Below, in pieces: positions 1 to 9,393 of a stretch of 64,000 nt of DNA. The stretch spans positions 8,954 to 72,953 of the forward strand of contig DASYAZ010000016.1 in the NCBI GenBank assembly GCA_036501085.1. The letters run 5' to 3'. The translations under genes were made by a program, and so were the position numbers. The notes below the pieces were generated by a model. It was not told the DNA's origin. It did not search any database and saw only the letters and a program-made list of their open reading frames with translations. This DNA comes from Pseudonocardiaceae bacterium. GTDB taxonomy: Bacteria; Actinomycetota; Actinomycetes; Mycobacteriales; Pseudonocardiaceae. The first letter of the stretch is position 1. Each line of letters begins with the position of its first letter.

Positions 1-565
1 CGTCCTCCAGGTCCCCCGTCGCATCCCATGCGGCCCGGGCGGTGCGGAACGCGAAGTCTGCCTGCCAGTCCGGGCTTCCCCATTCGGGCTGCCACACGGT
101 GTCCACCAACAGCAGCATTCCTCCCTCTGCGACCAGACGGCGGAGATGCTTCAACAACAGCCCGGGCGGGCCGACGTGCATGACGCAGCTGAGCACGAGT
201 ACCAGATCGAAATACCCATCCTGTTCGGGCGTCATATCCAGAATGTCACGAATCTCATAACGAATATTCGGCCGTGAACGATCCCGCTCAGCGATCTCGA
301 TCATTGCAGGTGCGAGATCGACTCCGACAACCTCGTCGAAACGATCCGCCAGCATGACTGAGTACCGGCCGGCGCCACAACCGACGTCGAGCGCCCGGCG
401 GCCGGACTCCAGACGCTGCGCAAGCCAACGATTGATCGGATGCTCAGGGGCGTCGAGGCCGCGGGTGAACCGATCGTACAACTCGGCGAAGTCGTTGAAG
501 AACGTCGCAGTATCCCGCGGAGGATCTGTTGTCGTACTACCAGATCCATCTGCCGTCATCGGCAT
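1..565 (-). CDS. Class I SAM-dependent methyltransferase, 3' end cut by window edge; paralog of 4026..4784
   Basis: Absent from the ORF track because it runs off the edge. Manual reverse translation from ATG 565-563 gives MPMTADGSGSTTTD...GRRALDVGCGAGRYSVMLADRFDEVVGVDLAPAMIEIAERDRSRPNIRYEIRD...WQPEWGSPDWQADFAFRTA. This is collinear with the 4026..4784 product, including the DxGCGxG SAM motif. GGAGG lies about 6 nt upstream. Confidence 0.75.
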   Translation of the reverse strand, partial: MPMTADGSGSTTTDPPRDTATFFNDFAELYDRFTRGLDAPEHPINRWLAQRLESGRRALDVGCGAGRYSVMLADRFDEVVGVDLAPAMIEIAERDRSRPNIRYEIRDILDMTPEQDGYFDLVLVLSCVMHVGPPGLLLKHLRRLVAEGGMLLLVDTVWQPEWGSPDWQADFAFRTARAAWDATGDLED

Positions 566-863
566 CAGAACCTCCATTTACCTGAACGCGCAGTATGGTT
601 GAGGAATCATCACACATCGCGCATCATCCGGTCGAGTGGCCAGGTCGGCGTTCCCCAACATCTACCGATTCGCGCGGGCTGGTACAGGGCCACTGCAGGC
701 ATTTCCGTCCGGCCGTGGGGTATTTTATCCCGAAACCGCCAATGGTCCGCAATGTCGGATTCAACCAGGAGTGAACCGGCTCGCCGGTGAACCGATGCTA
801 GGCAATTCCTGCGACCGCCGTTAGAATAATTCGGGGTATTAAGCCGATCGGGACGGAGGAGCT

Positions 864-1907
864 GTGAACAAAATGTGGTCGCCGGAGAGGCGGGGCGAGA
901 ACCAGGTGACCCCAGATCCTATCATTGCGCTCGGAACAGCGTTCTGCGGCGCCAAGACCTTACTGAGCGCCGTCGAGCTGGGAGTTTTCTCCGAGCTCGC
1001 CGAGGCGGGCCCACTCAGCGGGGAAGAATTGCGCGCCCGGTTGAAACTGCACCCACGTGGGGCGAGAGATTTCTTCGACGCCATGGTCGCCCTGGACCTG
1101 CTCGTTCGCGACAACGGGAATTATTCCAACACGCCGGCGAGCGAGCTTTTTCTTGACAAATCAAAATTATCGTACGCGGGTGGCCTGCTGGAGATGGCCA
1201 ACGCGCAGATGTACCGAACCTGGGGATCGTTGACAGCCGGACTGCGAACAGGACGCGCGCAGCATGAGGTGAAAAGCGGTGAAGATCTTTTCCAGGAATT
1301 CTATACCGACCCGGTGCGGACATCTCAGTTCGTCCGGGCGATGACCGCGATCAGCGCCGACGCGGCACGGGCGATAGCGACCAAATTTCCCTGGCATGAT
1401 CACTCTAGTGTGATCGATATAGGTTGCGCTGAGGGCGCCCTTCCGGTCCGGATTGCAATGGCCCACGAGCACATCACTGGTGGCGGTCTCGATCTCCCCA
1501 CCCTCGGGCCACTTTTCACCGGCTATGTCGAGCGCTTCGGACTCGGTGAACGGCTGAGCTTCATCGCCGGTGACTTCTTCGTCGACGCGCTGCCGCAGGC
1601 GGATGTGCTCGTCATGGGACATATCCTGCACGGTGCAGACATCGACCAGAAACGTCTTCTGCTGCGCAAGGCCTACGAGAGCCTGCCCCGGGGCGGCGCG
1701 CTCATCGTCTATGACACGATCATCGACGACGAGCGCCGTCACAATGTGTACGGACTGCTGATGAGCTTGCACATGTTGCTTGATTCACCGGGCGGATTCG
1801 AGTACACCGGCATGGATTGCCGTGCCTGGATGCGGGAAGCAGGATTCCGCAAGAGCTACGTCGAACACCTGGCCGGACCTAGATCGATGGTTGTCGGAAT
1901 TAAGTAG
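864..1907 (+). CDS. Family-2 (PF00891-like) O-/N-methyltransferase with N-terminal dimerisation region; bisindole tailoring candidate
   Basis: 347 aa. Has VIDIGCAEGA (SAM motif I), GDFF and VLVMGHILH motifs typical of plant/bacterial-type OMTs. GTG start lies behind GGAGGAG. Gap-free paralog of 15668..16711. Confidence 0.85.
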   Translation: MNKMWSPERRGENQVTPDPIIALGTAFCGAKTLLSAVELGVFSELAEAGPLSGEELRARLKLHPRGARDFFDAMVALDLLVRDNGNYSNTPASELFLDKSKLSYAGGLLEMANAQMYRTWGSLTAGLRTGRAQHEVKSGEDLFQEFYTDPVRTSQFVRAMTAISADAARAIATKFPWHDHSSVIDIGCAEGALPVRIAMAHEHITGGGLDLPTLGPLFTGYVERFGLGERLSFIAGDFFVDALPQADVLVMGHILHGADIDQKRLLLRKAYESLPRGGALIVYDTIIDDERRHNVYGLLMSLHMLLDSPGGFEYTGMDCRAWMREAGFRKSYVEHLAGPRSMVVGIK

Positions 1908-1919
1908 GCTGCCATCAGC

Positions 1920-2702
1920 TCACGCCTGTTCCAGCATGAGACCCGCATCCGCGGTGAGAATCATTCCGGTGAGGTAGTCCGATTCAGCGAGATGAACATA
2001 GCTGCCGGCCAGCCCGACGGGGTCGATGGCCCGACGCAAGGGGATGTGACTCAGCCAGGACTGCTCGAGCTCGGCGCCTGCAGGAAGGCTGTCGGAGGTG
2101 GCGACGAAGCCAGGGGCCACCGCGTTGACCCGCACATGCGGGGCGAGGTGCTTGGCCATCGCCATCGTGAAATTGCTGACCGCGGCTTTGGCGGCCGAGT
2201 ACGCCATGACACCTTCCTGGCTTTTTTGGTCAAGACCTTTCGCCAAGTGCCATGAGACCGTTCCCCCGCTGGCCGCAGAGGAGGTGTTGATTATGGAGCC
2301 GCCACAATGGATCATTGTTCGGGCAGCGCGCATCGAGCAGGCCACCGTCGACAGTAGGTTGATCTGGAGAATGTGCAGCCAATGCTCCATCGTGGTCCCC
2401 GCCAGCGAAGCATCCGGGGTGAAGCCCCCCACGTTATTGACCAGGACGTCCACCGGGCCCAGGACGGAATCGGCTTCGCCGAACATCCGCTCGACCTGTT
2501 GCGGATCGCAGACATCAGCCTGGGCATAGTGTGCGGCACCCCCACTGTTGATGATCTCCGCTACCACGCTCCGGCCGCCGGCCACGTCCGTGGCGGAGTT
2601 AACCAGAACACGCGCTCCCCGCTCGGCGAAGGCGAACGCGACCGCGCGCCCGATGCCGCGGGAGGAACCGGTCACGATCGCGACCTTGCCCTGCAATATC
2701 AT
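1920..2702 (-). CDS. Short-chain dehydrogenase/reductase (SDR)
   Basis: MILQGKVAIVTGSSRGIGRA (TGxxxGIG), NNVG, YSAAK. Start trimmed to ATG 2702 behind a G-rich SD; the track ORF extends to 2804. About 13 extra residues lie between the catalytic Ser and the YxxxK. Confidence 0.85.
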   Translation of the reverse strand: MILQGKVAIVTGSSRGIGRAVAFAFAERGARVLVNSATDVAGGRSVVAEIINSGGAAHYAQADVCDPQQVERMFGEADSVLGPVDVLVNNVGGFTPDASLAGTTMEHWLHILQINLLSTVACSMRAARTMIHCGGSIINTSSAASGGTVSWHLAKGLDQKSQEGVMAYSAAKAAVSNFTMAMAKHLAPHVRVNAVAPGFVATSDSLPAGAELEQSWLSHIPLRRAIDPVGLAGSYVHLAESDYLTGMILTADAGLMLEQA

Positions 2703-2731
2703 GGACTCACCCCCGCGTTCACGACCCTCGC

Positions 2732-3988
2732 TCACGATCCTGTTGTGGGGCTGGCCGTCAGCGGAATCCTGACGTGCTCCGGTCGAAGCCCCACACCGAT
2801 CCACCGGCTGAACAGGGTCTGCAAAGCCGGGATCCGAGCGAGCAACTGCTCAGGATGGGGACCTCGCATCTGATCATTACGGAGAATCCTCTTGACCGCG
2901 ACCCGCTGAACGGCGCGCTGTACCTCCTGCGCCAACGCGGTCGACCACCACCGCCGCAACTGCACCGCCGCGAGATCCCTGTTCCGTACCGGCCGGCCAC
3001 TGCGTTGATACTCCAGCAGCGGAGCGCACAACCGGTTGGCTGCGGCAACGGCATCCTGCACGGCTAACGCGACACCGAAGCCACCCACCGGAGACATGGC
3101 GTGTGCGGCATCCCCGATCAGCAACAGGCCCCGCGCATACCATCGACGGAGCCGATCAACCCGCACTTCAAGCAGGTGGACATCGTCGAGCCCGGTTATC
3201 TCGTCGGTACGATCAGCAAGAAATGGAACGATCGCAGCCAGGTCGTGGCGGAGTGATTCGACACCCTCGGCTCGCAGTTTTTCGTATCCACCCTTCTCAG
3301 TCTCATACGACATCTGCCAGTAGGTGTTCCGATCGATGAGGTTGAAGATCCTCCCATTACTGATCCGGACACACAGTCCTTCGTCAGGATCGGTCTCGCG
3401 ACGGGAGATCCGGAACATCATCACGTCCATCGGAATCCCGAGATCCCGCGGCCGCATGCCCGCCGCATCCCGCAACGCCGAGTTCCTCCCGTCGGCGGCA
3501 ATCACGATCGCGGCCCGCACCGTTCGGCTTCCATCCGCGGTGCGCACGCGAATTCCGGCCGTACGGCCAGCCCGCTGTATCAGTTCCGACGCTTCGGTCC
3601 GCATCAGGAGACGGAACGTCGGATAACGTAGCGCCTCCTCGGTGATGAGATTGAGAAAATCCCACTGCGGCAGGAAAGCGACATAGGGAAACCGGACCTT
3701 GATCTTCCGGAAGTCTGCAACCTCGACACGCACACCATCGCGCATCAGGCCGAATGTCTCGATCTTCCGGTGTGGCAGCTCATGGAACTTCTCACCCAAT
3801 CCTATCTGGTCGAGGATATCGAGGGTGTACGGATGGACGGTGTCGCCTCGAAAGTCCCGGATGAAGTCCTTGTGCTTCTCGAGTAGGACAACGTCGATTC
3901 CAGCCCGGGCGAGCAGCAGACCCAGCGTCGCCCCTGCAGGCCCGGCGCCGACAATACACGCGGTAGTGACAATAGACGACGACTCCAT
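2732..3988 (-). CDS. FAD-dependent aromatic monooxygenase (UbiH/PHBH-like), extra tailoring oxygenase
   Basis: ACIVGAGPAGATLGLLLARAGIDVVLLEK (GxGxxG beta-alpha-beta fold), GDAAHAMSPVGGFG (FAD/DG motif region). An alternative GTG start at 4006 is possible. Confidence 0.85.
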   Translation of the reverse strand: MESSSIVTTACIVGAGPAGATLGLLLARAGIDVVLLEKHKDFIRDFRGDTVHPYTLDILDQIGLGEKFHELPHRKIETFGLMRDGVRVEVADFRKIKVRFPYVAFLPQWDFLNLITEEALRYPTFRLLMRTEASELIQRAGRTAGIRVRTADGSRTVRAAIVIAADGRNSALRDAAGMRPRDLGIPMDVMMFRISRRETDPDEGLCVRISNGRIFNLIDRNTYWQMSYETEKGGYEKLRAEGVESLRHDLAAIVPFLADRTDEITGLDDVHLLEVRVDRLRRWYARGLLLIGDAAHAMSPVGGFGVALAVQDAVAAANRLCAPLLEYQRSGRPVRNRDLAAVQLRRWWSTALAQEVQRAVQRVAVKRILRNDQMRGPHPEQLLARIPALQTLFSRWIGVGLRPEHVRIPLTASPTTGS

Positions 3989-4025
3989 CGATCCCCCGAA
4001 ATCCACCCGTGGCAGAACCCCGAGA

Positions 4026-4784
4026 CTACTCGCGCTCGACCGCGCGCCAGGAAACGGCGAAAACTCCGAGCCCGAGTCGCTTGCACTCTTCTTCTATCGT
4101 CGCACCCGGCAACGCCGCCGTGTACTCATGAATGAACGCCTCACGTTCCAGTGGAACGTCGATGGCAGCAATTTCGAGCCAAGTGGGATTCAGGATGACC
4201 TGCAGGACGGCGCTGACGTCGTCCAGATCACCCGTCGAGTCCCACACGGATCGCGCTGTACGAAATGCGAAATTCACCTGCCATTCACGAGTTCCCCAGC
4301 CGGGTTCCCACATCGACTCCATGATTAACAGCAACCCGTTCTTCGCGGTCAGCCTACGGAAATGATCGAGGACCACCTCGGGCGGCCCGACGTTGATGAC
4401 ACAACCGAGCGCCAGAACGAGATCGAACACACCGTCACGCTCGGGAGTCATGCTGAGCACGTCACGGACCTGGTAAGAGATATTCGGCCGCGACCGATCC
4501 CGCTCGGCAATCTCGATCATCGAAGGTGCCAGGTCGACGGCGACGACCTCGTCGTAACGATCAGCCAGCATGAGAGAGTAACGGCCAGTCCCACAGCCGA
4601 TATCCAGAGCACGGCGACCGGTCTCCAGATTCCTGTCCAGCCACCGGTTCATCGGCGCTTCCGGCGAGTCCAGGCTCCGGGCGAACCTGTTGTACAAGCT
4701 GATGAGATGCTTGTCGTTGTACAACTTCTCGGCAGCTCGCGGTGCCGGTACCGCACCACTCGGCCCGTCTGTTGTGGTCGGCAT
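4026..4784 (-). CDS. Class I SAM-dependent methyltransferase
   Basis: RRALDIGCGTGRYSLMLADRYDEVVAVDLAPSMIE. Start trimmed to MPTTTDG (ATG 4784, GGAGA SD), matching the N-terminus of the 1..565 paralog. Confidence 0.85.
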   Translation of the reverse strand: MPTTTDGPSGAVPAPRAAEKLYNDKHLISLYNRFARSLDSPEAPMNRWLDRNLETGRRALDIGCGTGRYSLMLADRYDEVVAVDLAPSMIEIAERDRSRPNISYQVRDVLSMTPERDGVFDLVLALGCVINVGPPEVVLDHFRRLTAKNGLLLIMESMWEPGWGTREWQVNFAFRTARSVWDSTGDLDDVSAVLQVILNPTWLEIAAIDVPLEREAFIHEYTAALPGATIEEECKRLGLGVFAVSWRAVERE

Positions 4785-4815
4785 CGAATCTCCGTTCTTC
4801 AGGGGCACGATTTCG

Positions 4816-6981
4816 TCAGGCCGGATCCGCTTGCCACACCGCGCCACTCAGATTCGGGATGACATTTTCCGTGATCCGCACACCCGGAAAGTGCCGATGG
4901 TAGTTCTGCCGGAATTCACTGAGAGTCGGCGGGATGTTCTCCTCGCTCATCTCTTTCCATCGTGGGTGAAGCATATAACGAAGTGCGTCGATCACCAGTT
5001 CGATGTCACTTGAGACCTGATAAATCGTGTGGGCGATCTCAAATGGTTGAAAACTCTGTGACATACCGGTTTCGCTTATAGACTTCCTCGGATCCTCATC
5101 GGGCCGAGTCATGTCAAGAACGACAAGCCTTCCTCCCGGAGCCAAGAGTTCCCGAAACTGGGGAAGAACGACGTCAGCCGGACCCATGAAGAATGCACTG
5201 TTGGTGGTGAACACCGTGTCGAACGTGCCGTCTTCCTCGGCCGAGAGATCCAGGACGTCGCGACACTCATACCGCACATTGGGCGGATTTGCTTTGGCCC
5301 GGGCGATCTCCAGGACTCGCGAGGACACATCGATCCCGAGGACCTCGTCGTAGCGGTCCGCGATCATCCGGCACGTGCGACCGTTACCACAACCAAGATC
5401 GATAGCCTTGCGACCTCCGGGCAACTCGGCCATGAGCCACACGCGTCCGGGGTTACCCGGAAGGTCCATCACACGGATGAAGCGGTCATAGAGCTCAGCG
5501 AGATCGTCCAGATATGGCCGGTCCGTGGCCCGATCGGTCTGACTCGTCTCAACCATGACGACCTTTCCACTGGTTGACGAAGCAGCGCTATCGCCACCGT
5601 AGATCGACGGGTGCGGCGGGTGGTAGGCATGGGGCCTCACAGGCGGCAAGACCTGCATGGCCGCGTAGGATGGGTTACACAACCGTAGTGCCCCGCTATC
5701 CGATATTGACAGAAAATCCAATACCGTAGCGGTGATCGCCAGTGCTGAGCGCAGATCACGATATGGCTTTCTGAGCAATACGAACACGATAGACGCCAGC
5801 GCGGAGGACAGGAGCAGGATCGGAACTGCCAGCCAGCGGGCAGTCAGCATCATCGCCGCGATCGCCGCCACCGGCGGGAGGCCAGTAGCGATCAGCGATC
5901 GCACGGAATGCACCGGGATTCCCGCTATGGCCACGACATCCCGGGTCGCCATGCGTGGAAGGCGATCCTCCCAGGTGGCCAGTACTGCCGGTGGCGCGCT
6001 CGTGATCCGGTCGATGATCCGGTGCGAGAGCTGCTGGAGGATGGCAACACCGGCGAGCTGCGCGCGGCTGCTCGCCCAGAGCGATGTCACCGCGTACATG
6101 ACCGCCACTACGAGCATGGAGTACAGCGGCCATCGCGCTCCATGCTGATCAGGTTGTGGCCAGATCACACTGAGGGCCAGGCCGAAGCTGACCCCGTACA
6201 GCACCCCGGCCACGACCGCCGCAACTGCTGCCTGAACTACTCCGCTGCGCGGCACGACAGACAGCAGTCGACGTGCTGCCGCCCGAACTCGGACCCCAGC
6301 ATCCAGCCGCGCGGGGGACGGCATGCTCGATGGCTGCTGGGTCAGCCTCCGGGCACAGCTACCGACGACGGGACCCAATAACACGAAGGTCAGCACATCG
6401 GCACGTGGGGTCGCCAGCACAGTGGTGACCGTGAGTACCGCAGCAAGGATGAGCACCGGTGAGTACGTGATCTCGGTCAAGGCCGCCGGCAACTGAACTT
6501 GCCGGGTTCGAGCAGCGAACCCGGCAAGAAAGCGATCGAGAGTTGCTCGATGGTGCAGAGTGTTCCTCGCACCGCAGCCAACAACGGAAACCAGCTGCGA
6601 GGTTCCGGCACTGAGGTGATCGTGCACGGTGGCAAGGGCCGCCATCCCGGATGCCCGGGCGGTGGCCGCCCACCTGCCCGCCACCGCCCCCATCGCTATC
6701 GGCACCACAAGAATTGCCGCCAGCACCGGATCCGCCCAGCCCAGAATGCCCAGCCCGGCCAAGCCGGCCAAGCCGGCCTCCGACCGGGTGGCCCGGATAG
6801 CCAGCAGGTCGGAGACCAGCAGGAACAGCAACACCGCTACCGGGTAGCCGGCGTCGCGCCACCCGCTCACGTGGTCCGGCGCGATAGGAACCGGGATAGC
6901 AACGACCAGGACGAGACCGGCCGGTATGCCGGCAAGGGCTACGGCCAGCACCAGTCTGGCAACGAGCACTGGTCGCGACAT
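4816..6981 (-). CDS. Fusion protein: polytopic membrane domain (about 530 aa, ABC-exporter-TMD-like, no ATPase) plus C-terminal class I SAM methyltransferase
   Basis: Single open frame. Start trimmed to MSRPVLVARLV (ATG 6981, GGAGG SD) just downstream of the flavin reductase stop. The N-terminal part is very hydrophobic with 10 or more predicted helices. The C-terminal 245 aa carry KAIDLGCGNGRTCRMIADRYDEVLGIDVS and are paralogous to the two neighbouring MTs. An internal ATG at 5555 (MVETSQ, GGAAAGG SD) could also give a stand-alone MT. Confidence 0.7.
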   Translation of the reverse strand: MSRPVLVARLVLAVALAGIPAGLVLVVAIPVPIAPDHVSGWRDAGYPVAVLLFLLVSDLLAIRATRSEAGLAGLAGLGILGWADPVLAAILVVPIAMGAVAGRWAATARASGMAALATVHDHLSAGTSQLVSVVGCGARNTLHHRATLDRFLAGFAARTRQVQLPAALTEITYSPVLILAAVLTVTTVLATPRADVLTFVLLGPVVGSCARRLTQQPSSMPSPARLDAGVRVRAAARRLLSVVPRSGVVQAAVAAVVAGVLYGVSFGLALSVIWPQPDQHGARWPLYSMLVVAVMYAVTSLWASSRAQLAGVAILQQLSHRIIDRITSAPPAVLATWEDRLPRMATRDVVAIAGIPVHSVRSLIATGLPPVAAIAAMMLTARWLAVPILLLSSALASIVFVLLRKPYRDLRSALAITATVLDFLSISDSGALRLCNPSYAAMQVLPPVRPHAYHPPHPSIYGGDSAASSTSGKVVMVETSQTDRATDRPYLDDLAELYDRFIRVMDLPGNPGRVWLMAELPGGRKAIDLGCGNGRTCRMIADRYDEVLGIDVSSRVLEIARAKANPPNVRYECRDVLDLSAEEDGTFDTVFTTNSAFFMGPADVVLPQFRELLAPGGRLVVLDMTRPDEDPRKSISETGMSQSFQPFEIAHTIYQVSSDIELVIDALRYMLHPRWKEMSEENIPPTLSEFRQNYHRHFPGVRITENVIPNLSGAVWQADPA

Positions 6982-7033
6982 AGTGGGTTGCACCTCCACC
7001 GATCCAGCCCAACACCTGGCCGATCTCCAGCCC

Positions 7034-7615
7034 TCAATGACGCATCGATGGGCGACCACCGGTCTCGTCTGGAACCGGCGGGATAGGCCAGGATGAGTAG
7101 CGCCGTAGCCCGTACAGCAACGGGACACCCGCAGACACCTGGATATCGAGCACACGACCCAGCACAACCCGGTGGTCCCCTACCTGAATCTCCCCAGCCA
7201 CCTCACAGGCGGCCGCTGCAAAAGCGTCGAGACGCAGGAAAGGCAGCTTCGAAGGACCCCATGACTCCCACGGGATCTCGGCAAATTTGTCAACGTGCAA
7301 CGAAGAAAATACTGACGCCGCGCGTTGCCCTTCGGCGTGCAGGAGATTGACAGCGAACCTTCTGCCCGCCAGCACGGCATGGAGGGTCCCTCCAAGCTCG
7401 CACAGGCACACCAGAAGGGTGGGAGGTGACAGCGTCACGCTCGACAGCGAGGAGCAGGTCGCTCCCTGCGGACGACCCGCGAGGTCCCTCGCGGTCACCA
7501 CCGAGACACCGGTGGGGAACGAGCTCATCAGGTCCCGGAAGTGACCCACGTCGGCGTGCTCATCCGGCGACCGGACGGTCAGGTGCAGGGCATCAGCCCG
7601 ATCGTATGAATTCAC
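7034..7615 (-). CDS. NAD(P)H:flavin reductase (RebF/HpaC-type) partner of the halogenase
   Basis: 193 aa. FPTGVSVVTA and GDHxVxxGxV-like motif (QVGDHRVVLGRV) of flavin reductase-like domain proteins. Sits directly downstream of the halogenase. Confidence 0.85.
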   Translation of the reverse strand: MNSYDRADALHLTVRSPDEHADVGHFRDLMSSFPTGVSVVTARDLAGRPQGATCSSLSSVTLSPPTLLVCLCELGGTLHAVLAGRRFAVNLLHAEGQRAASVFSSLHVDKFAEIPWESWGPSKLPFLRLDAFAAAACEVAGEIQVGDHRVVLGRVLDIQVSAGVPLLYGLRRYSSWPIPPVPDETGGRPSMRH

Positions 7616-7644
7616 CTCGTGCGCGCTTCCGTATGGAGTGGACG

Positions 7645-9231
7645 TTATTTCTTGTGTAGCAGGCGAAGGTACTCGACCGTCGTGGGGAGATTGAGTGTCA
7701 TAGCGCGTTGCTTCTGTTTGACATCACCCAGCAGACGTTTCGCATCCGCGATGGCGTGCGGCCGGTGCGACAGTGATGGCAGTGGACTATCGGGAAGCAC
7801 CCCAAGCCCGGTGAAAATACAGTAGTAGCTACCATTCGTCCAGAAGTTACGGAACTCCGCCTCGAAATTGTTATAGTAGGTCTTCACATCGACAGCAGGG
7901 GCGTTGATGGGCAGCCCCGCCTTGTACATGGCGATCTTTTCTTGAATGTCTGGAGTCAGGGTGAGTTTCTTGTTCGCCCGCCAGAACTCCGTGTCCGCGC
8001 GCGGCGACAGGTAAAAATGCGTTTGTATGAAGTCCCTGGTATCGTCGAACATCGTCTCGATCTCGTTATTGAACTGGTCGACCAGAACCGGATTGAACGA
8101 TTTGTCCGGAAAATGCTTGACCAGCTGGTAGATCGCGGCAGTGATGAAGTATATCCCGGTGGACTCCAATGGCTCGAGAAAACAAGACGACAGACCGACG
8201 CTCACACAATTCTTCACCCATGCCCTGCGGTTGCGTCCGACCCGGAAGCGGATCTGATTCAGTGGTGTGGACTCCGGGTCGAGATCCCATAGTTGGCAGA
8301 AATCCTCCGTCGCCTCGTCCTGGTCGGCGAACCTGCTGGAGTAGACGTAACCGGTGCCGAATCTGCCGAGCATCGGTATCTTCCAGGTCCACCCGGCCTT
8401 CATCGCGATCGCGGAGGTAAACGGTTCGACTCCGTACTCGTCGTCGTGCGGCACCGCGGTGGCCACTGCGCTGTCGCACAGCAACTGGTCACCCATGTCG
8501 ACGAACGGTTCGGCCATCGCCTTGTTGATCAGCAAGCCCCGGAACCCGGAGCAGTCGATGAACAGATCGGCATCATACCGAGCGCCGCTGGTCGTGATCA
8601 GTGCCTGCAGAAAACCCCGGTCGTCCTGCTCCACGGTGGCCATCTGGTCACACACGTGACGGACATTCATCTGCTCGGTGGCGAACCGGCGCAGGAAATC
8701 CGCCAAGAGATTGGCATCGAAGTGCCATGCATAGGAGGTGGCCGGCCGGCCGTCGGGCCAGCAGGGGGCCTTCATCGCCTGCATCACCGATGGCTCCCAA
8801 TAACAGGCATCGTCGAACCTGTCGTGAGTCTCACCACGCAGTCGCAGGTAGGCCCAGTAATGCGACAGCGGGAGACGATCAAGCTGCGGCAACAGACCGA
8901 ACGTATGATAATAGTAATCGAGATCGCTCCCTTTCGCCCGCGGGTGGGGCTGACCGACACCTTCGGTGCACCAGTTGATGAATTTTATTCCGATCTTGAA
9001 ACTGGCGTTGCACTCCGGCATCCAGTCTTTCTCGGCTAGGCCCAGAAAGTCAAAAAAAACCGTCTGAAGGTTCGGTATCGTTGCTTCGCCGACACCGATT
9101 TTCGGAATAGCGGGCGCTTCCAGAACTGTGATCGACGTGGTCTCACCGAGCGCTTTCGCCAGGTAGGATGCGGTCATCCAACCGGCGGTACCGCCACCCA
9201 GAACGAGAATCTTCTCAATCCGGTCGTTCAT
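7645..9231 (-). CDS. Flavin-dependent tryptophan halogenase (RebH/PrnA/Thal family)
   Basis: [24 protein letters not shown] (WxWxIP), [11 protein letters not shown]. Near-collinear by eye with the RebH sequence as I remember it. Start set to MNDRIEK (ATG 9231) behind GAGGAG. Confidence 0.95.
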   Translation of the reverse strand: MNDRIEKILVLGGGTAGWMTASYLAKALGETTSITVLEAPAIPKIGVGEATIPNLQTVFFDFLGLAEKDWMPECNASFKIGIKFINWCTEGVGQPHPRAKGSDLDYYYHTFGLLPQLDRLPLSHYWAYLRLRGETHDRFDDACYWEPSVMQAMKAPCWPDGRPATSYAWHFDANLLADFLRRFATEQMNVRHVCDQMATVEQDDRGFLQALITTSGARYDADLFIDCSGFRGLLINKAMAEPFVDMGDQLLCDSAVATAVPHDDEYGVEPFTSAIAMKAGWTWKIPMLGRFGTGYVYSSRFADQDEATEDFCQLWDLDPESTPLNQIRFRVGRNRRAWVKNCVSVGLSSCFLEPLESTGIYFITAAIYQLVKHFPDKSFNPVLVDQFNNEIETMFDDTRDFIQTHFYLSPRADTEFWRANKKLTLTPDIQEKIAMYKAGLPINAPAVDVKTYYNNFEAEFRNFWTNGSYYCIFTGLGVLPDSPLPSLSHRPHAIADAKRLLGDVKQKQRAMTLNLPTTVEYLRLLHKK

Positions 9232-9393
9232 CTCGATACTCCTCACGCGTCGAAGAAGCAGCTCGATTGCCGGCGAAATGATGACACATCGAGATTGTAA
9301 TACTAGAACACCGTTCGGCTACGCAGTTAGCTCGCGACAACCCAATCAGTGAAAACCGTTCACTCACGTAGGATGGCACCTCCCTGCGGGGAG

